This document shows, in pieces, positions 48,503 through 57,560 of a stretch of 64,000 nt of DNA. Within the stretch, counting starts at the first letter, position 1; each line of letters opens with the position of its first letter. This DNA comes from an uncultured Anaerolineales bacterium (GTDB lineage Bacteria; Chloroflexota; Anaerolineae; Anaerolineales; RBG-16-64-43). The position numbers were made by a program, and so were the translations under genes. The notes below the pieces were generated by a model, which made no database searches, was not told where the DNA came from, and was given only the letters and a program-made list of their open reading frames with translations. The stretch is from positions 67,198 to 131,197 of the forward strand of contig CAZFPL010000004.1 in the NCBI GenBank assembly GCA_964521085.1. Reading direction: 5' to 3'.

Positions 48503-49414
48503 ATGAAAAAGATGGAATTTATGTGGAAGGACGTTTCGGACGTACCCGGGATTGAGACCCGGGCCGAGCAGGCGCCGGATTTGCGCCGGGATCTGATCCA
48601 ACTAGGTTTCCGGTCCGCCGGATACGTGCAGCGATGGAACCCCTGGGTGACGGAAAAGAAAACCGCCGATCTTGCGAAAAAGATTTACGATGAATCCACC
48701 TCCAAGATGATAACGGGCACAGACTGGGTTCAGGAGATCTATGCAAGCCCTGACGGCCGCGCACTGGCCTCGCTGCGCATGACCCCCGTCGGCCCGGCCG
48801 TAAACTTCCGCAGTGTCTCCGAGGGAGGTTGGGTTGTGGATACGGGTTCCGGAATGGCGCGCGGCGCGCGCTACCGGATGAATCCCTTTGGCCTGATGGC
48901 CAAGCTCGGCGGGGCGCTTCGGCCCGTCAAAACCAAGGCTGACTCGGGATACTTCAACCATGAGGAAGCGGCCGGTATGGCGGAGCTGTGGGAACTGCAC
49001 AAGCAGCGCGTGCAGTCGATCCTGGAAAGCAACGGGCAGAAACTCCGGCTGCAGGGCGGGACTGCCGTCTATGTCGCCGGCGCTTATCATCTCCACCGGA
49101 TACTCGTTTCCGAGTCGGAGGCAACCGGGCGATTCTTACGCATTCTTTCTGTGGCGAGCCGGGTTTTGACCGTGGTTATCGGTTTGTTCTTTTGCATCGC
49201 CCTTCTCGCACTTTACAACATGGGGCGGGTTAATTTTCCGACGACGATGCTCATCATCGGATTGACTTTTCTAGGCGTTCTGGGCGCAATGATCTTGTCA
49301 ACGGAGGTTTTTCACGGATATATTCTACCCAGGCTTGCGGGACCGCCGCCGATGATGCTGGACGATCTTCTACGGGAGGTCCAGTCGCATTCCGCCCCGC
49401 CTGCCGCGGAGTAG
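48503..49414 (+). CDS. hypothetical protein with soluble N-terminal domain and 2-3 C-terminal TM helices
   Basis: GGGAGGAAGG RBS; ATG at 48503. No recognisable motif. Confidence 0.5.
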   Translation: MKKMEFMWKDVSDVPGIETRAEQAPDLRRDLIQLGFRSAGYVQRWNPWVTEKKTADLAKKIYDESTSKMITGTDWVQEIYASPDGRALASLRMTPVGPAVNFRSVSEGGWVVDTGSGMARGARYRMNPFGLMAKLGGALRPVKTKADSGYFNHEEAAGMAELWELHKQRVQSILESNGQKLRLQGGTAVYVAGAYHLHRILVSESEATGRFLRILSVASRVLTVVIGLFFCIALLALYNMGRVNFPTTMLIIGLTFLGVLGAMILSTEVFHGYILPRLAGPPPMMLDDLLREVQSHSAPPAAE

Positions 49415-49848
49415 AGAGCGCCCGAACCTACGCCGCATCCGGCGCTGCAACCGTTGAGGCCGCACTCGGCGGAATCACCGGGCACGGCTCTGGCCCCCGC
49501 TTCGCATTTACAGTCTCATTCAAAAACAAATCTGATGGCAGCATGCTCCCCGGCTTCGTAATCGCTTCCGTTCCCAGAGTTCACGGGAACAGGGGCACTC
49601 TGTGAGGGCGGGCTTTAATAAAAGCACGTTGGAATTAATTAAGCCCGCATGCTAGTGCAAGCCTGGCCCGGCGAAAATGACTCAAAATGTTTTTTTTTAG
49701 ATTTCCGGGTAAAATGTTTGCTGGTAGAAGTCAGGCCAAGCGGCTGAGATACCGTCCTTTGGCCGTCATTACTGTTTATATATCAACCCTCGAATATTCA
49801 CGACGACAAATGATATAAGGATCGTTCTACAAAGAGAAGGAGTTAAGT

Positions 49849-50697
49849 TTGAATATTCCTCCGGAACGCTACACCAAAATCAATTCGATAAAAACCCGAT
49901 ATTTTGCGGAAGGCGAAGGCTCGCCGGTCGTCCTCATCCACGGCTTGGGAGGTTCCGCGTCGGGCTGGCTTCTGAGTTTCAGCGCCATTGCCGGCCGGCA
50001 TCGCACCTATGCACTCGATCTGATCGGGCATGGACGGACCGATCCGCCGGAATCCGGATCGCTGAACGCCGCCGATCTGGCCAGGTTCGTGATCGGTTTC
50101 ATGGCGGAATTGAAAATCGAACGCGCTCACATCGTTGGGCACTCGATGGGCGGCGGCATTACCCTGCAGATCGCAATCGACTTTCCGGAACGAGTGAATA
50201 AATTGGTCCTGGCAGACAGTATCGGGCTTGGCAAAGAGTCAATATTACTTGCCCGCATTGCGAGTCTTCCCCTGCTCGGTGGATGGTTGTTTTCACGGGA
50301 TTACCGTCCCGATAAAAAAAGGTATGCTGACGGGCTTCGATCAGGAGCACGGAATGCCGCATATATCACCGATGAACTGATCGATACCCTATATCTTATC
50401 GAGAGAGGCCCGGAACACGCAAGAATAGTACACAAAATTTTTCGCTTGTGGTTCGATTGGACCGGGCAAAAGAAAAGCATGTACGGCCCCATTCTTCGAA
50501 ACCTGCCGGCCATCCAAAATCCCGCATTGATCATTTGGGGGCGGCAGGATACGACGGTTCCGCTTTCGCACGGGGAATTGGCCGCGAAGAGCATCCCCAA
50601 TGCGCGCCTGGAAGAAATCGACCAATGCGCGCATGTCCCCATGTTTGAGCAGCCGGAGATATTCAATCGTCTGGTGCTGGAGTTTTTGAACGAATAA
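49849..50697 (+). CDS. alpha/beta hydrolase
   Basis: TTG start after AAGGAG. HGLGGS oxyanion motif, nucleophile elbow GHSMGG, C-terminal CAHVP His motif. GC is visibly lower than the surroundings. Confidence 0.8.
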   Translation: MNIPPERYTKINSIKTRYFAEGEGSPVVLIHGLGGSASGWLLSFSAIAGRHRTYALDLIGHGRTDPPESGSLNAADLARFVIGFMAELKIERAHIVGHSMGGGITLQIAIDFPERVNKLVLADSIGLGKESILLARIASLPLLGGWLFSRDYRPDKKRYADGLRSGARNAAYITDELIDTLYLIERGPEHARIVHKIFRLWFDWTGQKKSMYGPILRNLPAIQNPALIIWGRQDTTVPLSHGELAAKSIPNARLEEIDQCAHVPMFEQPEIFNRLVLEFLNE

Positions 50698-50894
50698 TTT
50701 CCAATAATCATGATGCCGGGCAAGCAGGGTAGGCCGGCCGGTCCTTCGTCCCCGGCGGAACACCGCCGCCGAGGACAAGCTTCTTAAACGCACAGGGCCA
50801 AAGAATCCCGAGAACCCGCGCACTCTCCCGCTTCGCCAATCCGACTTCAGGCGCGAGGGCAGGCCTTTTCGTTGAGAATGATAGAGGGTGACGA

Positions 50895-52187
50895 TTATGA
50901 CTTTATGTGTCCACGCGTAGTCGGCATAGTTTGCCGCGGCGCGGCCGTATCCTCAACATGCACCACCGACGGGATGCAGAGCGTGGTGATTCCCATTGCG
51001 GCGATCACGATCCCGCCGGCGATCCACCAGATCTCAACCCCGAAAGTGTCCGCGACCGGACCGGCCAGCAGGAGCCCAAGCGGCGCCAGGCCCTGGGTGA
51101 TGCTCGAAATGAGCGAGAGCACCCGCCCCTGCATCTCCGGCGGGATGAGCGCCTGGGCGATCGCGCCGCTGAGGCCGAGGACGATCGATTCCAAAAAGCC
51201 GACCGCGAAGATGGCCGGGAGGGCGGCCGCAAAATACGCGGACGGGATCAACGCGATGGCGATGAGGAGCAAACCGTCGAGTGCCAGCGCGAGCATCTGG
51301 GTGACGATCCGGCGCCGGAAACCTCCCCACAGGCTGAGGATTATTCCCCCGATGACCGTTCCTATTCCAGCCGCCGCTTCCCAGGCGCCGAGCTCGGGCG
51401 CGCCGCCGCGGAAATGATCGAGGACCATCAGCGGGGCGAGGGAGCCCGCGGCGCGGCCGAGCATATAGATGAGGATGCCGATCCCGCACAGAATCAGGAG
51501 CGGTTTCCAGCCCAGGATAAACAGCATTCCCTCGCGCATGTCCGCCCATACGCCCGGTTTTCCGCCGGGCCCTTCCGGCGCCGGCTTTCGCACCGGCTGC
51601 GGAATGGCGATGACCAGGAGCGGCGCGATGGCCGGGACGGCAGTCGCGACGTCGATCGCCAGGATCGTCTGCATCGGGAGCGCCATCATCGCCAGCGCCC
51701 CGAGCGGTGGGATGAAGATCGCGGCCGTGCCCCCCAGGAGCTGGTTGAGCCCGCCGACGCGCGACAGGTGCTCACGGGGGACCATCAGCGTCGTCGAGGC
51801 CTGCATGGCGGGCCAGTGAAAAGCCGAGCCGATGGACCGAACAACCAGCAGCGCGTAGATGCTTGCGACGCCGGCCAAACCCCGCCAGAACAGGAAAGCG
51901 AGAAACAGCGTGGCCGCCGCGATCAGAGAGTCGGCGGCGATCATCACCGCGCGCCGGTTCCAGCGGTCGACCAGGGCCCCGGCGAAGGGCCCGAGCAGGA
52001 TCTGCGGGAGGAGCGCGGCGAGGGTGGCGAGGCTCAGCACCGTCGCCGAGCCGGTGGTCGAGGTGAGCCACCAAACGAGCGCGAACTGGACGAGCGCGCT
52101 ACCCAGAAGCGAGAACGCCTGGCCGGTCCAGACGATCAGGAAAGAGCGGGGGATTTTACCGTCCGGCAAATTGGCTGCCATGGACAT
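50895..52187 (-). CDS. MFS transporter, DHA3 (macrolide-efflux-like) family
   Basis: FLIVWTGQAFSLLGSALVQFALVWWL and GALVDRWNRR motifs; 12 TM helices. Confidence 0.8.
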   Translation of the reverse strand: MSMAANLPDGKIPRSFLIVWTGQAFSLLGSALVQFALVWWLTSTTGSATVLSLATLAALLPQILLGPFAGALVDRWNRRAVMIAADSLIAAATLFLAFLFWRGLAGVASIYALLVVRSIGSAFHWPAMQASTTLMVPREHLSRVGGLNQLLGGTAAIFIPPLGALAMMALPMQTILAIDVATAVPAIAPLLVIAIPQPVRKPAPEGPGGKPGVWADMREGMLFILGWKPLLILCGIGILIYMLGRAAGSLAPLMVLDHFRGGAPELGAWEAAAGIGTVIGGIILSLWGGFRRRIVTQMLALALDGLLLIAIALIPSAYFAAALPAIFAVGFLESIVLGLSGAIAQALIPPEMQGRVLSLISSITQGLAPLGLLLAGPVADTFGVEIWWIAGGIVIAAMGITTLCIPSVVHVEDTAAPRQTMPTTRGHIKS

Positions 52188-52312
52188 GGATTATACGGAA
52201 TTTCATCAACGCTGCTGGATCCCGGCGCACAAACCGGATTGAGGTTGAAGTAGACGCCGCCCAAGATGACGTTATCAACGAAGGATTTGCGGATTTGGCT
52301 GGCTGTTATCAT
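52136..52312 (-). other. remnant of an ABC-F 5-prime coding end acting as an upstream ORF that overlaps the MFS start
   Basis: MITASQIRKSFVDNVILGGVYFNLNP matches MLSASQIRKSFGDNVILGAVSFNLNP of the 46484-48115 gene. It then diverges and ends at 52136, overlapping the MFS ATG at 52187 out of frame. Confidence 0.6.
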
Positions 52313-52470
52313 ATGAGACCTGTGTGGGAAAACGAAAACCGTGGGCAATGCTCCACGGTCGGAGGCCATACTTGGCGAAACCGCCTCATATGACTCAGAT
52401 GAGCTGCCCGGAGAATACGGACTTTACAGGTCGATAGTGCGCATTCGAGGAGATCCTTTCGGTGGAACGC
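52313..52470 (-). promoter_or_regulatory. second copy of the attenuator-like leader, upstream of the MFS gene
   Basis: Mini-ORF ATGCGCACTATCGACCTGTAA (52424-52444). An identical terminator hairpin at 52338-52359 plus U-tract. GACCTGT/ACAGGTC complementarity is retained. Confidence 0.5.
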
Positions 52471-52880
52471 ATGGCGTTTTACCACGCTTATTGATGGAAA
52501 GGCAGTTCAAGGATGGATGAAATACGGGCCAATATGTAGGAACCCATTTGGATGCATATTGACCGGTTTAGAGATTATTATGAGGCGATGAAGCTGAGCT
52601 TTGGTTATTGATGTGAACCCAAAAAGATATATACTGCTAAGTGGATTTCCATAAAGCTGGAAGACGAATTCGGTTATTAGTATGTCGGGCTTCATGGAGG
52701 GGAATTAAAAGAGCGCCCTAACAAACCATATTCCTCGCATCTCTACGCTGCGTCGGCGAACGGTCTCGCCGTGCCCATACGGTTGTTCGGAGTTGAAGTT
52801 TAGCAACTCTCGAAGGGGGATGGAGGGATTCGCGGAACAAACACCCTCATGTTTGTTCCTGTTCAAGAGGAGGATTGACA

Positions 52881-53726
52881 ATGGCGAAAGGCATTTCGGT
52901 CCATATCGGGTTGAACAAGGTAGATCCACGTCACTATGCCGGCTGGGATGGCACACTCGGGGCTTGTGAGGCGGACGCCACGAGCATGGAAGGGATCGCG
53001 AAGGGCACAGGCTATAAGACCCGCGTCCTGCTGACGCGGGCGGCTACGCGGCGGAAGGTTCAAAGCGTCATCCGCGATGCCGCCGCCCATCTTATCGCGG
53101 GGGATATCTTCCTCCTGAGTTATGCGGGCCATGGCGGGCAAGTGCCCGACGTAAGTGGCGATGAGCCGGACGACAGCGACGAGACCTGGTGCCTGTACGA
53201 CGGCGAACTGATCGACGATGAGTTATTCGAGTTGTGGAAGGGTTTTGCGCCCGGCGTCCGTGTCCTGGTGTTCTCCGACAGCTGCCACAGCGGAACCGTG
53301 ACGCGCGCCGCCCGAGGCGAGCTCGATCTCGGCGGCGTTTCGACGGAGCTACGTGCATTCGGGATCGAAAAACCGGTCTTCCGTTTCATGCCCCCCGACG
53401 TCGCGCGAAAGACGTATATCGCCAACAGGAAGTTCTACGATGACCTTGGCAAGAGCGTCCCGACGGAAAAAGGAGCGCCGGCCGCCACGGTGCGGCTGAT
53501 CTCCGGCTGCCAGGATGACCAGTCCTCCTCGGATGGGCCCTTCAACGGTCTGTTCACCGGCACGCTGCTCAAGGTGTGGAACAACGGCGCATTCAAAGGC
53601 GATTACGCGCGTTTCCATGCCGAGATCGTGAAGAATATGCCGCGCTGCCAGAAACCGAATCACTTCGTCATCGGACCTAAAGCCCAGGCTTTCGACCGGC
53701 AGAGACCTTTCTCCATCGAGGGGTAA
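52881..53726 (+). CDS. caspase-like peptidase C14 (stand-alone catalytic domain)
   Basis: GGAGG RBS. Catalytic His context LLSYAGHGGQ and Cys context VFSDSCHSGT. No additional domain (281 aa). Confidence 0.85.
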   Translation: MAKGISVHIGLNKVDPRHYAGWDGTLGACEADATSMEGIAKGTGYKTRVLLTRAATRRKVQSVIRDAAAHLIAGDIFLLSYAGHGGQVPDVSGDEPDDSDETWCLYDGELIDDELFELWKGFAPGVRVLVFSDSCHSGTVTRAARGELDLGGVSTELRAFGIEKPVFRFMPPDVARKTYIANRKFYDDLGKSVPTEKGAPAATVRLISGCQDDQSSSDGPFNGLFTGTLLKVWNNGAFKGDYARFHAEIVKNMPRCQKPNHFVIGPKAQAFDRQRPFSIEG

Positions 53727-53730
53727 AAAA

Positions 53731-56700
53731 ATGCCCTCCGCAAAGAAACTTCGGTTACCGCGATCCGCGCAGGCCAAGAGAGGCAAGGCACCTGCGAGGA
53801 GCAAACGCACGCCTTCCGCAAGGAAACCCCGGCCACCGCGCTTGATGCAAGCGAAGAAAGGCAAGGCGCCTGATCACGAGGCGCTCGGCGAACAGGCGCT
53901 GGCCATGCGGTGTCAGAAGCGGTACAGCGAGGCGCTCGACCTATACCGGCAGGCCGCCAAAGCCGCCGCCTCCGCAGGCGATCGCGCCGCCGAGGCGAAA
54001 TGGATCTCGAAGCAGGGGCAGATCCACCGCCTATGCAAAGACCCGGCTGCGGCCCAGGAAGCATTCGAAAACGCGCGGGCCATCTTCGCCTCGCTGGGGG
54101 CGACAGGTCTTGCAGGACTTGGCGACCAGGAGGGGAACCTTGGTCTTCTCGCCGCGGATCGAGGCAACGACTTCGAGGCGGAGTTCGCCTACCGCCGGGC
54201 CATCGACCTATGTGAAGCCGCCGGAGACATGAGCGGGGTGAGTCTCTGGGCCAGTAACCTGGGCAAAGCCCTTTCGCGGCGGCGGCGCTATCAACGCGCA
54301 TGGGACGCGTTCCGGAAATCCGTCGCGGCCGCCCAAAGCGCGCGCGACCCGTCTATGCTGGCGTCTGCAGCCATGCAGTGGAGCGGATCCTACAGCGCGG
54401 CGCATCGTTGGGGGGATGCCGCCGAGGCATTGGCGACCGCGGCTCGCGCCGCGCCCGACCCCAGGGAGAGGGCGCAATTAATCGGCGAGAGCCTGCGCGA
54501 CTTGATGCGGGCAGGCGAATGGAAGCGCGCCCAGGCCATGTGCCCGGAGGTTCTCGAGATGTTGCGTGCGGGCGGCGCTCCCCCCGCGGCTTTCGAACAA
54601 ATCGAGCAGATTAAACGGGACGCCGCCCAGGCGCTGGCCTCGCCGGCCAAGAGAACCGGCGGTCCGGCAGTCCGGCCGCTCGATGAGGTGGCGGTCGGTG
54701 CGATGGCCCACTACGAAAAAATGAACCAGCCGGGCGCGATGGGCTGGGTCGGGCACCTGATCTGCGACATCCACTGGGCGCTGGGCGCGCCCGGGCTTCC
54801 CGGGTGGGAGCCATTCCTCTCCGAGCCCAACCTGTACTACCGCATCCTCGGAGATGTCATGTTCGCCATGTGCAATGGGGGGCGGGCGGAGGAGAGCCTC
54901 GAGTTGTCACAGCGCTACAAGGGCGCTGCGTTCGCGCTGCCGTTCCTCGCGGCCGTCGAGCGCGCCAAGGATAATCCGCCCGAGGTGCGCCGGTACCTGG
55001 ATGCGCTCGCCGCGCTGCGCGAAGCCGTTTCCGCGCTGGCAGCCGGGGACCCGCAAGCGTTCCACCCGCTTGCGCACCGCGTGCGTGCCGCGGGCGAGGC
55101 TCTGCTCGAGGCGGGTGAGTATCTCCATGATCGCGACCGGGGGATGCATGCGCGGCTGGGGGGTGTCGTGCCGCTTCGCCACCTGATCGATGCGCTGCCG
55201 GCGGGCGACCCGGTGGGCATCCTCGACTTCGTGGTGACGTCGAAGGGATTTCTCGCTCATCTGGTCGCACGGGAGGGGACAGAGGTCCGGGTGGTTCCGT
55301 TCGTCTCCGCTGACTTAAGCGCCGAGCTGGTCGATGAGCTTGCCATGATGTGGGGGCCGGAAATGGTGCACGCCTCCGACTTGGAACGCCAGCGGCAGGT
55401 TCTGGATCACATCGGCGAAGTGCTGCATGACAGGTTCTTCTGCAAGCTGGCCCACTGGCTCGCCGAGCACCGGATCGGGCAGGTCATCCTGGTGCCGGAC
55501 CTTCTCACGCGCCACCTCCCGCTGCATCTCGCACGGGTGTGCGCCAAGGACATCACGATCCCGGGCGTTCCGGTTGCCGACGCCGAGTTCTTCTGCGAAG
55601 TTCTGCCGGTGGAATACGCCTCCTGCCTGCAGGCCGTGGCGCTTAGCCAGCAGCAGCGGAGGCCGCAGAATCTCGACCGCATCGCCTCCTTCTCCGACTC
55701 GAAGTCCGATCTGCCCGGAGCGCGGCACACCGGGCAATGGCTTGCGACGCGCATCGGCGGCGGCATCGAGTACCTCGACCGCAGAGGATCCGACGTCACG
55801 CGGGAAGCCGTGGAAGATGAGATGCGGCGGTCGAAGATCGTGATGATCGCCACGCACGGATGTTTTGACACCGCTCATCCCGAGGCTTCGTTCCTGCAGC
55901 TTCACGATCACGACTGGACCGCCAAGGATATCGCCTCGCTGCCGCCGCTCGAACACAGCCCGGCGGTCGTGCTGGCCGCCTGCGAGATTGCCGCTGCCAA
56001 GCCCGGCGAAGATCCCGAGGCCGACGGAATACCCGGCGCGATGCTTTCGGCCGGCGCTGCGTTCGTGCTCGGGAGCCGGTGGCCCGTGGAGGACGTATCC
56101 ATGGGCATTCTGATCGAGCGCTTCCTCCATCACATGACCAGGGTGGGCTTGCGGCCCGCGGCGGTATTGTTCCGCGCGATAAAGGACCTTCGGAAGGTTG
56201 GGCGCGCCGAAGCCGTCGAGTGCTGCCGCGCCCTGCTCGATCAGATGGCGAAGGATGGAACGCGGGAACAGATGCCCGATGCGTACGCCAAGCTCGACTG
56301 GTATGCACTGCAGCTCGAGAGCGGCGGCAAGGAGCACCCATTCGCGGCGCCGGCCTGCTGGGGCGGTGTCGTGGTGACCGGCAGCGGATGGAACGGGCTC
56401 GCCGGCGGCGTCGCCGGCGGCGTGCACGCCGTCGAGGGGCTGATGCAGCTCGAGCAGGCGCGGGCGCTGCTCGAAAGTGGGCAGGCGGCGGAGGCGAGAA
56501 TGCAGCTCGCCGGCATGCTCGGCGGCTGCGACGGGATAGTACGCGCGCAGGCCCTCGAACTGCTGGCGGCTGCCATTGTCGAGAGCGCGCATCCCGCGTG
56601 CCGCAAGACCGCCCACGCGGAGGCAATCCGTTGGCTCGACGAGGCGGGGTTCGTGGCGCGCGCCGAGCAGCGGCCGCAGCTCCTGAGGAATATCAAAGCG

Positions 56701-56736
56701 ACGCGGGCAAAACTCGAACTGCTGCAGGAGGGCTGA
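53731..56736 (+). CDS. TPR-repeat / CHAT-domain protease with Lys/Arg-rich N-terminal tail
   Basis: Starts 4 nt after the previous stop. TPR-like helical repeats span about aa 55-330. CHAT-type dyad IVMIATHGCF ... AVVLAACEIA, followed by GAAFVLGSRWPVED. Confidence 0.8.
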   Translation: MPSAKKLRLPRSAQAKRGKAPARSKRTPSARKPRPPRLMQAKKGKAPDHEALGEQALAMRCQKRYSEALDLYRQAAKAAASAGDRAAEAKWISKQGQIHRLCKDPAAAQEAFENARAIFASLGATGLAGLGDQEGNLGLLAADRGNDFEAEFAYRRAIDLCEAAGDMSGVSLWASNLGKALSRRRRYQRAWDAFRKSVAAAQSARDPSMLASAAMQWSGSYSAAHRWGDAAEALATAARAAPDPRERAQLIGESLRDLMRAGEWKRAQAMCPEVLEMLRAGGAPPAAFEQIEQIKRDAAQALASPAKRTGGPAVRPLDEVAVGAMAHYEKMNQPGAMGWVGHLICDIHWALGAPGLPGWEPFLSEPNLYYRILGDVMFAMCNGGRAEESLELSQRYKGAAFALPFLAAVERAKDNPPEVRRYLDALAALREAVSALAAGDPQAFHPLAHRVRAAGEALLEAGEYLHDRDRGMHARLGGVVPLRHLIDALPAGDPVGILDFVVTSKGFLAHLVAREGTEVRVVPFVSADLSAELVDELAMMWGPEMVHASDLERQRQVLDHIGEVLHDRFFCKLAHWLAEHRIGQVILVPDLLTRHLPLHLARVCAKDITIPGVPVADAEFFCEVLPVEYASCLQAVALSQQQRRPQNLDRIASFSDSKSDLPGARHTGQWLATRIGGGIEYLDRRGSDVTREAVEDEMRRSKIVMIATHGCFDTAHPEASFLQLHDHDWTAKDIASLPPLEHSPAVVLAACEIAAAKPGEDPEADGIPGAMLSAGAAFVLGSRWPVEDVSMGILIERFLHHMTRVGLRPAAVLFRAIKDLRKVGRAEAVECCRALLDQMAKDGTREQMPDAYAKLDWYALQLESGGKEHPFAAPACWGGVVVTGSGWNGLAGGVAGGVHAVEGLMQLEQARALLESGQAAEARMQLAGMLGGCDGIVRAQALELLAAAIVESAHPACRKTAHAEAIRWLDEAGFVARAEQRPQLLRNIKATRAKLELLQEG

Positions 56737-56738
56737 TT

Positions 56739-57548
56739 ATGTGCAAGCGCGATGCGGCGTCACGCGATCCGCTGTTGAGGCTCTTTCTGGAGAAATACCA
56801 TCTCAATCTGTTGTCGGTGCCGCGCGAGAACTCCGATGTCGGCGACCTCTACATCCACGACGGTAAACGCACCGGATCGCCGGGGAAGCTGGCTTCGTTC
56901 CTGGCCCGGCCGTTCCAGATGCCTACCATTACGCGCGGCGAGGAACTGGCTTCGATCGCCGGCAACCTTTCCAACGGCGTGAAAATCGACGCCGGGTTCG
57001 GCCTGCTCGAGGTTTTCCTCATCGCTCTGGGCGCGGCGTTTCCCATCTCGAAGGCCAAGGCCCACTGGGAGTCGAAGGGGGTGCATACCCTGCGCTTCAA
57101 AGTGGAAGGCGCGAGGCGCGACAGTGTGGATATCGGCCGGCTCGGGCTGGCGCTCATCGACAACAACCTCTCTGCGGCGCATCCGCTGTACGACGAAAAG
57201 AGCCGCTACTACCTCGTGACCGGCGTCGCGCGAAGCAAATCGCTGACCGTCCTCTTCGAGGACGAGCGGGGCATGGGAATCGACCTGGGCGCCGACGTCA
57301 TCGGGATCGGAAATGTGAATGCCGGAGTAGGCGTCACCAAAGGCGCCGGCGGCGAGGTTACGTTCGACGGCCCGAAGCTTTTGGCCTTCGGCGTGGAGTT
57401 GTACGAACTGTTCGTGCGCGGGGATCGCATCCGGCTGCGGCTGCCCGCTGTCGCCGTCAACGTGCGCGGCGCCGGGGCGCCGGCCGGCCGGCCCCAGCCC
57501 GCCTTCATCGGCGGAGCCGACGCAGATGTGTTTATGGATCTCGAGTAG
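56739..57548 (+). CDS. bacterial gasdermin (bGSDM) homolog
   Basis: ATG lies 2 nt after the CHAT stop, with GGAGG upstream. MCKRD (Cys2), LNLLSVPRENSDVGDLY, GFGLLEVFLIALGAAF, YYLVTGVARSKSLTV, FDGPKLLAFGVELYELF, and a C-terminal tail of about 35 aa. This matches the bGSDM sequence pattern. The upstream part of the 489-aa track ORF is rejected. Confidence 0.75.
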   Translation: MCKRDAASRDPLLRLFLEKYHLNLLSVPRENSDVGDLYIHDGKRTGSPGKLASFLARPFQMPTITRGEELASIAGNLSNGVKIDAGFGLLEVFLIALGAAFPISKAKAHWESKGVHTLRFKVEGARRDSVDIGRLGLALIDNNLSAAHPLYDEKSRYYLVTGVARSKSLTVLFEDERGMGIDLGADVIGIGNVNAGVGVTKGAGGEVTFDGPKLLAFGVELYELFVRGDRIRLRLPAVAVNVRGAGAPAGRPQPAFIGGADADVFMDLE

Positions 57549-57560
57549 GAGGGATAAACC

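Noticed and set aside
52507-52695. A 62-aa ORF on the minus strand in the AT-rich tract upstream of the caspase-like gene.
   Set aside because: It has no RBS and no recognisable motif, and its composition looks like random AT-rich sequence. There is not enough support to call a gene.
56079-57548. The 489-aa ORF in the track, taken as a single large protein.
   Set aside because: Its first ~220 codons overlap the 3-prime end of the CHAT gene in another frame and are Arg/Ala-rich junk. A GGAGG plus ATG at 56739, 2 nt after the CHAT stop, gives a 269-aa product with the gasdermin pattern.
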